Positions 48,059 to 56,096 of a DNA stretch of 64,000 bases are shown one piece after another. Under the pieces are notes generated by a model. It did not search any database. It was not told the DNA's origin and was given only the letters and a program-made list of their open reading frames with translations. The position numbers were made by a program, and so were the translations under genes. The DNA comes from Polyangiales bacterium (GTDB taxonomy: Bacteria; Myxococcota_A; Polyangia; Polyangiales; Polyangiaceae): positions 1-64,000 of the forward strand of contig JBBRLQ010000024.1 in NCBI GenBank assembly GCA_038231275.1. The letters are read 5' to 3'. Numbering within the stretch: the first letter of the stretch is position 1; each line of letters starts with the position of its first letter.

Positions 48059-49063
48059 TCAGGGGAGATGGATCGGCGTCGTAGTGCCGCCGGTCGCGTG
48101 GCAGGAGTTGCACCCGCCGTTGGTGACCGCGCTGACCATGTTGATCTTCGTCGTCGCGTTGCGGACACCGGCGTGGAGGCCCGACGTGAATTGCCCCGGA
48201 CGGAACCAGAAGAGGCCGAGCTTGTCGGTGTAGACGGTGGTGCCGGCGGTGCCGTCCGTCTTCGCGACGCGGACCTGCGCGCCCGCGACGCCGTTGCCTG
48301 CGCCGTCGGTGAGACGTCCGGCCGCCGACCACGTCGGAGCGTCACCGCCGCCGTGGCAGCCGAGGCAGTTGCGCGTGATGCGCGAGTCGCCCGCGGTGTG
48401 CTCGCCCTGGCTCGCCGAGCCCGGTGTGAACGGTGGCTGGCCGCCGAAGACGTCCGGCGGCGGGGGAGGCGGCGGCGGCGTACCACCGTCGCTCGCGCTG
48501 CACCCGAGCGTGTAGTTGCTCGCGATCCACGCATCGAATGCGGCGGCCGCCGAAGCGTTCGCCGAGCCGGTGCTGCCCGGCGGCATGATCGAGCTGCCCA
48601 CGCCCTTCAGCTTCGAGGAGGAGAGCTGCGCTTCGTTCTTCGACGCGTCTTCTTTCGCGGTGGCAGTCAGATCGGCGAGGTTCATCAGCGGGCTCAGCGA
48701 GCCGTTGACCGGCGGGGTCGAGTGACACCCGACGCATTGCTGGTTCAAGATCGTCTGGATGTTCGTCGGCACGCAGGCGGAGGCCGGGGGAGGAGGAGGC
48801 GGAGGAGTAGGCGGTCCGGAGTCCTTGGGCGGAAGAGGAGGAGGAGGCGCGGCGTCCGGCAGACCGCCAGAGGTGCCGCCAGAGGTCGCGCCGGAGGAGG
48901 TGCCGGGATCGGCGGTGCCCGACGCGCCTGACGTACCGGACGACGCGGCACCCGGGCCCCAATCTCCGCCGCTGGCGCCGAGTTGGCTCGTGTTTGCGTC
49001 GCCGCAGGCGACCGCGGTCGCGCTGGCGATGATCAGGGCACCGAGCAAGTAGACGTGGCGCAT
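48059..49063 (-). CDS. Triheme c-type cytochrome lipoprotein
   Basis: AVAC lipobox; CVGCH, CLGCH and CNSCH; candidate distal ligands IMPP, EH and INM; GGAGG RBS. Confidence 0.88.
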   Translation of the reverse strand: MRHVYLLGALIIASATAVACGDANTSQLGASGGDWGPGAASSGTSGASGTADPGTSSGATSGGTSGGLPDAAPPPPLPPKDSGPPTPPPPPPPASACVPTNIQTILNQQCVGCHSTPPVNGSLSPLMNLADLTATAKEDASKNEAQLSSSKLKGVGSSIMPPGSTGSANASAAAAFDAWIASNYTLGCSASDGGTPPPPPPPPDVFGGQPPFTPGSASQGEHTAGDSRITRNCLGCHGGGDAPTWSAAGRLTDGAGNGVAGAQVRVAKTDGTAGTTVYTDKLGLFWFRPGQFTSGLHAGVRNATTKINMVSAVTNGGCNSCHATGGTTTPIHLP

Positions 49064-49296
49064 GCCGTCCTCCCAGGGTCCAGGCAGCGACTCGCCGCGC
49101 GCGGGACCGGTCGTGAAGTGCGTCAGGCCATGCCGAAGGTTGCAGGAAAAAGCATTGTCCTTTCGAAGAGATTGCTCGGTGGTCGGTGGATCGTTCACGA
49201 TCCGATTCAAGTCGTCGAGGCTGCACCGGAAAGAAGGGAGCGGTCCGCAGCGAGCGAATTTGGAGGACTGGATCGCGATGGGTCCAGAATCACGGT

Positions 49297-49365
49297 GAAC
49301 GAACGTTCGATGAACGTCGACCTGCACTCCAGCACATGCGAGCGAACATCAGCGAACGTTCGTTC
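49297..49365. promoter_or_regulatory. 13-bp inverted repeat pair (operator-like)
   Basis: GAACGAACGTTCG (49297-49309) and CGAACGTTCGTTC (49353-49365) in a divergent intergenic region. Confidence 0.55.
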
Positions 49366-49517
49366 TATCTTCGCGGCGCTGGAATTTCGTGTGGAGCCGC
49401 GATGGGCCGCGACGGCTCGCGAGCGGCGCCCGGTGGATCACGCTCCCCATCCGCCTCGTAACTCCTCTCGAATTCACCGCCCCGCGCTGGCCTGTCGCCT
49501 GCATAGGTAAAGGTACG

Positions 49518-50855
49518 ATGAAGACCTACTCTGCCCTCCTCGGCCTCGCGATCGCCCCGCTCGCCTCCCTCGCCGCGTGCAGCGCCGCGCCGCCGGAGAC
49601 CGGCACCACCGCCGAGGCCATCGCCGCGAGCTGCGGGCACGCCGCCGGCTCGCACGCGCGCAACACGCTCGACGATGTCCCCGCGAACATCCCGATCAAG
49701 CACGTCATCATCGTGATGCAGGAGAACCGCTCCTTCGATCACATGCTCGGCGCGCTGCGGCTGTCCGGCCACGACGTCGACGGCATCCCCGCGAGCTTCG
49801 TGAACCACGACGCGAAGGGACAGGCGGTCCACTTCACCCACCGCACCGACACCTGCTTCGACGCCGACTCGCCGCACAACGAAGAGGCGATGGAGTCGTC
49901 GATCGACGGCGATCACATGGACAGCTTCGTGAAGAGCGCCACTACCAAGTCCAGCGATGGGCACTACGTGATGAGCTACTACACGGAGAAGGAGCTTCCC
50001 TTCTATTACTGGGTCGCGAAGAGCTACGCGACGAGCGACCGGTACTTCTCCGCGATGATCGGCCCGACCGATCCGAACCGCGATTTCCTCTACGCCGCGA
50101 CCTCCAACGGGATCACGGTGACGAGCAGCGGACCGCAGAAGGGGTTCAAGGGCGTCCGCACGATCTACGACGAGCTCGATCACGCTAAAATCTCGTGGGG
50201 CGTCTACTCGAGCGGCGCGCCGCGGCAGGGGGCGATCGGCTGGGACCGCGGGCACGAGGGCTTCCACGACGAGGGGGACTTCTTCGACGCGCTGAAGAAC
50301 GACAAGCTGCCGGCCGTCGTCTTCGTCGATCCGGGACTCCACGAGGACGAGCACCCGCCGCACGACGTGCAGCTCGGCGAGAAGTTCTCGAAGAAGATCT
50401 ACGACGCCGTCACCAAGAGCCGCGCTTGGAACGAGACCGCGCTCTTCTTCACGTACGACGAGGCAGGCGGGATCGCCGACCACGTTCCCCCTCCGGCCGC
50501 GTGCCCGCCCAGCGCGAAGTTCCCGACGTTCGATCGGCTCGGCGTGCGCGTGCCCGTGATGCTCGTCTCGCCGTTCGCGAAGCGCGGCTACGTCTCGCAC
50601 CACGTCCACTCGCACACGTCGATCCTCCGCTTCGTCGAGCTGGTCTTCGAGCTTCCGGCGCTCACCGCCCGCGACGCCAACGCCGACGCGATGCTCGACA
50701 TGTTCGACTTCGGCGCCGCGCGGCCCGCCCCCGCGAACGCGCCCGCCGCCGGACACGGCGCGTGCAAGGGAGATCCGTCGGAGAGCTGGCTCACCGACGT
50801 CGGACAGGAGCTAGGCAACGATCTCGACAAGCTTCGCCACGGCTGGTGGCCCTGA
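49518..50855 (+). CDS. Phosphoesterase (phospholipase C / acid phosphatase AcpA family) lipoprotein
   Basis: LAAC lipobox; IKHVIIVMQENRSFDHM, GPTDPNR, DEHPP, TYDEAGG..DHVPPP, GVRVP. Confidence 0.93.
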   Translation: MKTYSALLGLAIAPLASLAACSAAPPETGTTAEAIAASCGHAAGSHARNTLDDVPANIPIKHVIIVMQENRSFDHMLGALRLSGHDVDGIPASFVNHDAKGQAVHFTHRTDTCFDADSPHNEEAMESSIDGDHMDSFVKSATTKSSDGHYVMSYYTEKELPFYYWVAKSYATSDRYFSAMIGPTDPNRDFLYAATSNGITVTSSGPQKGFKGVRTIYDELDHAKISWGVYSSGAPRQGAIGWDRGHEGFHDEGDFFDALKNDKLPAVVFVDPGLHEDEHPPHDVQLGEKFSKKIYDAVTKSRAWNETALFFTYDEAGGIADHVPPPAACPPSAKFPTFDRLGVRVPVMLVSPFAKRGYVSHHVHSHTSILRFVELVFELPALTARDANADAMLDMFDFGAARPAPANAPAAGHGACKGDPSESWLTDVGQELGNDLDKLRHGWWP

Positions 50856-50882
50856 GGCGCGCGCGCGTGCCACACTTGCGGG

Positions 50883-51347
50883 ATGCGGTCCCCTGCACGA
50901 TCGGTCTTTGTCGCCGCGAGCACGTTGGTCTTCGCGGCGTGCTCGTCGAGCTCGTCGACCGCGCCCGTCTCCGGTGACGCGGGGAGCAGCGACGCCGCGA
51001 GCACGAACGACGGCAGCAGCGGCGACGCCGCGAGCACGAGCGACGGCGCGACCGACGCGCCCATCGATCACACCGACACCGGCTGCGGGCTCGTGCTGTA
51101 CACCGCCGAAGCTGCGCCGGCGTGTCAGTTGATCCTCGATCAATACTGCTGCTCGCAGGAGCGGACGTGCGGGAGCGACGTGAGCTGCAGGACCTACGTC
51201 GCGTGCGTCGACGCGTGCCCGTCGCCCCGGCAAACCGCCTGCATCACGGCGTGCGGCGCGGTTCCGGGAAAGCTCGACGCGCTCTCGACGTGCACCAAGA
51301 CACCGCCCTACACGACGCCGCCCGGGATCACCTGCGCGTGGCCGTGA
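50883..51347 (+). CDS. Small Cys-rich lipoprotein
   Basis: FAAC lipobox; Ser/Asp-rich linker; 12 Cys in the C-terminal domain. Confidence 0.75.
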   Translation: MRSPARSVFVAASTLVFAACSSSSSTAPVSGDAGSSDAASTNDGSSGDAASTSDGATDAPIDHTDTGCGLVLYTAEAAPACQLILDQYCCSQERTCGSDVSCRTYVACVDACPSPRQTACITACGAVPGKLDALSTCTKTPPYTTPPGITCAWP

Positions 51348-51363
51348 CGACCGCACGCGAAAT

Positions 51364-51915
51364 CTAGGGACCGCACGGCGATCCGGCGCCGCCGTCACCG
51401 CATACGCACGGCACTTCGCTCGGCTGAAGGCACTTGTCCGCCGCGAGCAAGCAGCGCGCGCCTGCGCACTTGCCCCCCGAGCAGCCCGCGATGTCGAACG
51501 CGCCGACGCATACGCCATCGGGCTGGGGCGCGGCGTCGGAGCCGCCGTCGGCCGAGCCCGCGTCGATCGGCATCACCGACTTCTCGCACTTCACGAACGC
51601 GAAGAACGGGCATTGGTCGTTGTCGGTGAAGCAGGGCCCACCCACCGCGCCGCACGTAGGCGGCGGCGGCGGACCGCTGTCGCCGGGCGGCGGCGGCGGC
51701 GGCGGGTCGGGGGGCGGCGGCGGCGGCGAAGGGGGAATCGCGTTGTCGTAGTACGTGAACGAATCGGGGATCGTCGAGCCGCCCGCGTCGTCGCTGGCGG
51801 TCTCGGCGGCGTCCTTCGCGCACGCGGCCAGCGCGCTCGCCGTGAGGAGCAACGACGCCGTGAACCCCACGGTGAGGACGGAGAACGGAGAGACGGCAGC
51901 GGTGATGCGGCGCAT
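51364..51915 (-). CDS. Small Pro-rich/Cys-rich lipoprotein
   Basis: MRRITAAV...LAAC; poly-Pro linker; Cys-rich C-terminus; starts 10 nt after the upstream ExbD stop with an AGAGG RBS. Confidence 0.75.
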   Translation of the reverse strand: MRRITAAVSPFSVLTVGFTASLLLTASALAACAKDAAETASDDAGGSTIPDSFTYYDNAIPPSPPPPPPDPPPPPPPGDSGPPPPPTCGAVGGPCFTDNDQCPFFAFVKCEKSVMPIDAGSADGGSDAAPQPDGVCVGAFDIAGCSGGKCAGARCLLAADKCLQPSEVPCVCGDGGAGSPCGP

Positions 51916-51925
51916 GCCGTTCCTC

Positions 51926-52549
51926 TTACTTCTTCGCTCCCTGAAGCACCATGAGGTGGAACTTCGAGAACTCGGTCTGCCCCAAGGTGAAGAGCACCTC
52001 GACGAGCAGACGATAGGGGGTGTTCGAATCGGCGATGACGATCGCCTCGGAGCGGAGATCCTTGGCGCCGGTGGCGGCGCGGACTTGCTTGTCGCGCTCG
52101 CGCCAGCTCTGGAGCGAGTTGGCGAGCGGGACGATGTAGAGATCGTTGGGGCCGCTACGCTTGTACTTTCCTTCGATGCCGTGCGTTGGATCGCTCGGGA
52201 CCGGGCAGACAACGTTGTCGTCGACGACGATGTGGCTCTTCGAGATGAGCACCGCGACGCCCTCCTGCGAGGCCTCCGACGTCATGATGCTCTTCGGCAT
52301 CTGCAGATCGTTCGACTGCGGCATCGACGCGCTCGACGCGCTCATCGTCTTCAGGAGGAAGACGAGGATGATGGTCATCATGTCCATCATCGCCGTGATG
52401 TTGAGGAAGTTGATCTCGGGCTCGAGTCGCTTCCGGTTGTACTCCTTGCGGAGAACGCGCTTGTACGTCGCCATCGACGCGGGCTTCGCGCGCGGGATCG
52501 GTTGCTGCGGGGGTCCGCCAGGTGCGCCGGGGCCGGGGGGCTGCTGCAT
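51926..52549 (-). CDS. ExbD/TolR family protein (AglS-like paralogue)
   Basis: LNITAMMDMMTIILVFLLK (channel Asp); IIADS-like VIADSNTPYRLL. Confidence 0.92.
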   Translation of the reverse strand: MQQPPGPGAPGGPPQQPIPRAKPASMATYKRVLRKEYNRKRLEPEINFLNITAMMDMMTIILVFLLKTMSASSASMPQSNDLQMPKSIMTSEASQEGVAVLISKSHIVVDDNVVCPVPSDPTHGIEGKYKRSGPNDLYIVPLANSLQSWRERDKQVRAATGAKDLRSEAIVIADSNTPYRLLVEVLFTLGQTEFSKFHLMVLQGAKK

Positions 52550-52561
52550 CGCGTGCCTCGC

Positions 52562-53161
52562 CTATCTCGCCAAGCCGAAGTTGACGTCCGGGAACAAGCA
52601 GCCGACGCCCGCCCACACGCCATCCTTGTCGGTGGCGCACTCGCCGGACTCGTCCTTGCGGACGGCGTCCATCGTCGAGACGATCGCCTGGAAGGGGATG
52701 TTGGGGTTGGCGCTGACCGTTACGCTCGTCTCGCCCGCGAAATCGGGCGAGAGGCCCTTTAGTCGCTTCGCGCAGGCGCCGAGCAGCGCGTAGTCGTAGT
52801 CGCCGTTCTTCTTCGGGATCGCGAGGCCGGCGCCCGCTTCCTGGCATCCTGGCGCGACGTTGCCCCCGCGCGCCTTCACGCTGAAACCGTCTTGCACGAC
52901 GATCACGGTGAGGCCGAGCGACGGCTGATCCGGCTTGGCCGAGGACCGACCGCCCGCACGCGGCGGCGCCGTGTCGATCGTCGCCGTGAAGGTGACGCTC
53001 ACCGTCGCGAGCACGAACATCATGACGTTGGTGATGATGTCGAGGAACGGGACGATGTTGAGCTCGCCCCCCTCCTCGTCCGGCGCGATTTCCTTGGGGT
53101 CGGTGAGGCGGCGGATCTTGCTCCGCTGCTGCGCCGACAGTCTCTCGGGCTCTTTGGCCAT
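52562..53161 (-). CDS. ExbD/TolR family protein (AglQ-like paralogue)
   Basis: GELNIVPFLDIITNVMMFVL; ANPNIPFQAIVSTMDAVR; LFPDVNF. Confidence 0.92.
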   Translation of the reverse strand: MAKEPERLSAQQRSKIRRLTDPKEIAPDEEGGELNIVPFLDIITNVMMFVLATVSVTFTATIDTAPPRAGGRSSAKPDQPSLGLTVIVVQDGFSVKARGGNVAPGCQEAGAGLAIPKKNGDYDYALLGACAKRLKGLSPDFAGETSVTVSANPNIPFQAIVSTMDAVRKDESGECATDKDGVWAGVGCLFPDVNFGLAR

Positions 53162-53185
53162 GACGCTCCCTAGTCGTTGCCGGCC

Positions 53186-53878
53186 TTAGTAGTTACCAGG
53201 TCGCGTCTGGATCGAGAGCAGGTTGAAGACGCGCTCTTGGGTCGCGTCGAGATCGTGCTGAATGTTCTTCGAGCGCTGGTGCAAGATGAGGTGCGCGATC
53301 ATGCAGGTCACGGCGATGCCGAGACCGAAGGCCGTGTTGTACATGGCCTCGGCGATGCCGTTCGCGAGGATGCTCTGGCGCTGCGCGGCCGAGAGGCCCG
53401 GCGCGCCGACGGCGGTGAAGGTATGGATGAGGCCGAAGACCGTGCCGAGGAGGCCGATGAGCGTCGCGATGTTCGCGAGCGACCAGAGCGAGCCGACGCG
53501 CTTCTCGACGGCCGGCTTGAGCTCGCCCATCTTCTCGCTCATCGCGGCGTCGATCTCGTCGGGACCTTTGTTGGCGTGCGTGAGGCCCGCCTTCACGAGT
53601 TGCAGTATGGGGTAGTCACCTGCGTCGCAGAGCTTGATCGCGCGGTCGATGTTGCCGGCCGTGACGAGCTTCTTGATCTGCGCGAAGAACTCTTTCGAGT
53701 TCACGCGGTATTTGCCGAGCTGAAACGCAGCGCGCTCGATCACGAGCGCGACGACGACGGCGCTCACGACGAGGTTGATGGAGAGGAAGAGCGGGTTGTC
53801 CTTGAAGACGGCCATGAGGCCACCACCGCCACCACCCTCTGCCGACGCAGCCGCATTGCTCAGAAGCGATACGAACAT
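53186..53878 (-). CDS. MotA/TolQ/ExbB proton channel protein (AglR-like paralogue)
   Basis: LVIER; ANIATLIGLLGTVFGLI; GIAEAMYNTAFGL. Confidence 0.95.
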   Translation of the reverse strand: MFVSLLSNAAASAEGGGGGGLMAVFKDNPLFLSINLVVSAVVVALVIERAAFQLGKYRVNSKEFFAQIKKLVTAGNIDRAIKLCDAGDYPILQLVKAGLTHANKGPDEIDAAMSEKMGELKPAVEKRVGSLWSLANIATLIGLLGTVFGLIHTFTAVGAPGLSAAQRQSILANGIAEAMYNTAFGLGIAVTCMIAHLILHQRSKNIQHDLDATQERVFNLLSIQTRPGNY

Positions 53879-54028
53879 CCGCGAAGCTCCTTCCTATTCC
53901 CTCGGCACCAACAGCAAAAAAATCTTCTAGGCCGCGCAACGCTCCTCGTTCACGAGGAGCAGCGAGGACGGTCATGACGAACCACGAAACCCCTCGCCCT
54001 TTTCGCGCGCTCGCGCCCAGCGGAAGGG

Positions 54029-54058
54029 ACGATAACGCGTGTGGATCTGTGAAGTCAA
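54029..54058 (-). promoter_or_regulatory. sigma70-type promoter TTGACT-N18-TATCGT for the leftward motor operon
   Basis: Minus-strand -35 at 54058-54053 and -10 at 54034-54029. Confidence 0.55.
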
Positions 54059-54104
54059 CGACGCGACGGCCCCGAGGGTGCCGCTCCCTTGACTTCACAG
54101 ATCC
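54043..54104. repeat. Perfect 16-bp inverted repeat with 30-bp spacer
   Basis: GGATCTGTGAAGTCAA (54043-54058) and TTGACTTCACAGATCC (54089-54104). Confidence 0.95.
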
Positions 54105-54507
54105 CGAGGCGTCCTCACCCGAGGGACCCCTCTCGTCTCCCCCTCTCGTCTCGCTCTTCTCCTCCTCTCCACCTTCGCTCCCACCTCCTCCTTCCATCCC
54201 AGACCTCCTCCATCCGAAACCTCTCTGGAAACCCAGTCCCCCTCGAAACCTCGCCCCGCGAACTCCACCCTCACGGCAAACTTCCACAAACCCCGCTATT
54301 TCAGGGGTTTCCTCTCCCACATCACTCGCTTCACCATCCGTTTTCGACCCAATCGAGTTGACGGATCGCTGTCCAAACCGTCATCCTCTTGACCATCGGC
54401 GCCCGCATCCTCGAGAGGCGCCCGGACCGCATCCTGATACGGCGCCGGAGCAAAACCCGGCCGGGTGTGTCCACTTTTTCGTCGCCGGTTCGGCGATCAC
54501 TGCGAGC

Positions 54508-54537
54508 TTGCTTCTTCACGAATCGTTCCGCTAACGT
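54508..54537 (+). promoter_or_regulatory. Candidate sigma70-type promoter TTGCTT-N18-TAACGT for aglRQS
   Basis: Consensus-like boxes about 150 nt upstream of ATG 54690. Confidence 0.4.
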
Positions 54538-54689
54538 GGCGCCCACGTAAGTGCGCGCTCGTCTTCGGACGTGTTCGCGTTACCCCGTTCGGGCGCGCGC
54601 ATGAGCTGGCCCGAGCGTCAGGTGTTGCGGCAAAAAAGACTTCGTTGGTTCTGGGCTAGAGCAAGACCTCATTCGAGGAGGACGATCAC

Positions 54690-55349
54690 ATGGCTGGCAT
54701 TTGGAAGCACTACACGGATGGCGGGTGGGGGATGCACATCATCCTTCTTTGGTCGATCGTCACGATCGGCATCATCATCGAGCGCGCCCTCTATCTGTAC
54801 GGCTCGTCGATCAACAAGGACGTGTTCCTCGCGACGATGCAGAAGTGCATCTTGGCGGGTGACGTCGCGAAGGCCGTCAAGATGTGCTCCGCCGCGAACG
54901 CGCCTCTCGCGCGCATCGTGCAGTCGGGCCTCGTGAAGGTGAATCGCCCGGACGAGGAAGTCCAGGCGGCGATGGATGAAGCGGCCCTCCGCGAAATCCC
55001 GCGCATCGCGAAGCGCACCGGCTACCTCGCACTCCTCGCGAACCTCGCGATGCTCACCGGCCTCCTCGGGACCGTCTCCGGCCTCATCCGGAGCTTCGGT
55101 GCCGTGTCGGGCGAGAGCGTCGACCCGAGCCAGAAGGCGCGAATCCTCGCCGAAGGCATCTCGGAGGCGATGAACTGCACCGCATTCGGGCTCATCGTCG
55201 CCATCATCGGCCTCATCGGGTACGCCGTCCTCAACGGCAAGACCCAGGCGCTCGAGGACGACATCAACGAAGCGAGCGTCCAGGTGCTCAACCTCGTCGT
55301 GACGAACCGCCAGAAGGTCAACCTCTCAGGCCTCGGCCAAGCCGCTTAG
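54690..55349 (+). CDS. aglR: MotA/TolQ/ExbB proton channel, gliding motor subunit AglR orthologue
   Basis: WGM...IER...SINKD; EEVQAAMDEAALRE; RTGYLA; GISEAMNCTAFGL; DINEASVQVLNLVVTN, which resembles M. xanthus AglR as I recall it. Confidence 0.88.
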   Translation: MAGIWKHYTDGGWGMHIILLWSIVTIGIIIERALYLYGSSINKDVFLATMQKCILAGDVAKAVKMCSAANAPLARIVQSGLVKVNRPDEEVQAAMDEAALREIPRIAKRTGYLALLANLAMLTGLLGTVSGLIRSFGAVSGESVDPSQKARILAEGISEAMNCTAFGLIVAIIGLIGYAVLNGKTQALEDDINEASVQVLNLVVTNRQKVNLSGLGQAA

Positions 55350-55472
55350 TAGCGCCGCGTCTTTCGCCGATACCTTCGCGGGCCCGTCGTTGGGATTCGT
55401 CGCCGTTACAGGAAGTACGGCTCCTCGTCCCGCCTAGGGCTCGCTCGGTCTCGGCGAAATCCACGACGCTAC
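55349..55472 (+). other. Long imperfect rod-like intercistronic hairpin
   Basis: Nested pairings GTAGCG/CGCTAC, TTTCGCCGA/TCGGCGAAA, ACC/GGT, GCGGGCCC/GGGCTCGC, TGGGAT/GTCCCG, GCCGT(T)AC/GTACGGC with loop AGGAA. Confidence 0.65.
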
Positions 55473-55515
55473 TTCGGGTGTGGGAAAACGGTCTTTGTGT
55501 GAAGCGGAGTAAAAG

Positions 55516-56094
55516 ATGGCCGGAGTAGGCGTAGAAGCAGCCAAGGGCGGACGCAGGACGACCGACTCGGAGATCAACATGATCCCGATGATCGATCTCC
55601 TGATGGTGACCATCTCGTTCCTCCTGATCACCGCGGTGTGGACGCACATGTCGCGCATCAACGCGGATGCGCAGGTGCCTGGTCCGCCGCGGCCCGACGT
55701 CGAGCAAGACAAGGTCGAGCCCGAGAAGCAGCTCCACGTGGAGATGCGCCAGCCGGATCACTTCACGCTCGTGTGGAAGCAGTCCGGCACCATCATCACG
55801 ACGATCGACGTCCCGCGTAAGGACAACATCGAGACGATGGGCGCGACCAAGATCAAGATGGTCCGGTACAAGGAGCTCGCCGACAAGATCGAGAGCGAGT
55901 GGAAGACCGTGGGGCAGCACCGCGACGGGACGGACAAGAAGTTCGACCAGGCGATCCTGCACACGGACAACGACACGCCGTACATGAACATCATCGGCGT
56001 CATCGACGCGATCTACCAACCGAAGCGTGATTACACGGTGAACGGTAAGACCGAGAAGATGCCCTCCTTCAACGTGACCTTCGCGGTGAACTAG
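55516..56094 (+). CDS. aglQ: ExbD/TolR family protein, AglQ orthologue
   Basis: MAG...EINMIPMIDLLMVTISFLLITAVWT (conserved Asp). Confidence 0.85.
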   Translation: MAGVGVEAAKGGRRTTDSEINMIPMIDLLMVTISFLLITAVWTHMSRINADAQVPGPPRPDVEQDKVEPEKQLHVEMRQPDHFTLVWKQSGTIITTIDVPRKDNIETMGATKIKMVRYKELADKIESEWKTVGQHRDGTDKKFDQAILHTDNDTPYMNIIGVIDAIYQPKRDYTVNGKTEKMPSFNVTFAVN

Positions 56095-56096
56095 CC

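Noticed and set aside
46765..49327. Long N-terminal extensions in the ORF track (48534, 49327; also 12225, 16190, 38170, 39578, 52212, 61358, 62296, 63389)
   Set aside because: Extensions overlap neighbouring genes or promoters; downstream starts with an RBS or signal peptide fit better.
53879..54025. c-di-GMP-I (GEMM) riboswitch in the leader of the leftward motor operon
   Set aside because: No GGCAAA...GAAA...GACGCAAAGC signature; only a simple hairpin and a T7 run too far away for a clear terminator.
54270..54300. oriC or DnaA-box cluster suggested by CTTCCACA
   Set aside because: Single degenerate box, no AT-rich unwinding element, no dnaA/dnaN nearby.
53974..54546. ORFs within the inter-motor spacer (53974-54534 +, 53616-54320 -, 54089-54361 +, 54331-54546 -)
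   Set aside because: Low-complexity translations reflecting the C/T skew, atypical codon use, and overlap with predicted promoters.
55349..55472. SRP (4.5S) RNA or 6S RNA identity for the long hairpin
   Set aside because: Lacks the SRP helix-8 CAGG...GGAA...AGCAG pattern and is too short, without a clear central bubble, for 6S; kept only as an unassigned structure.
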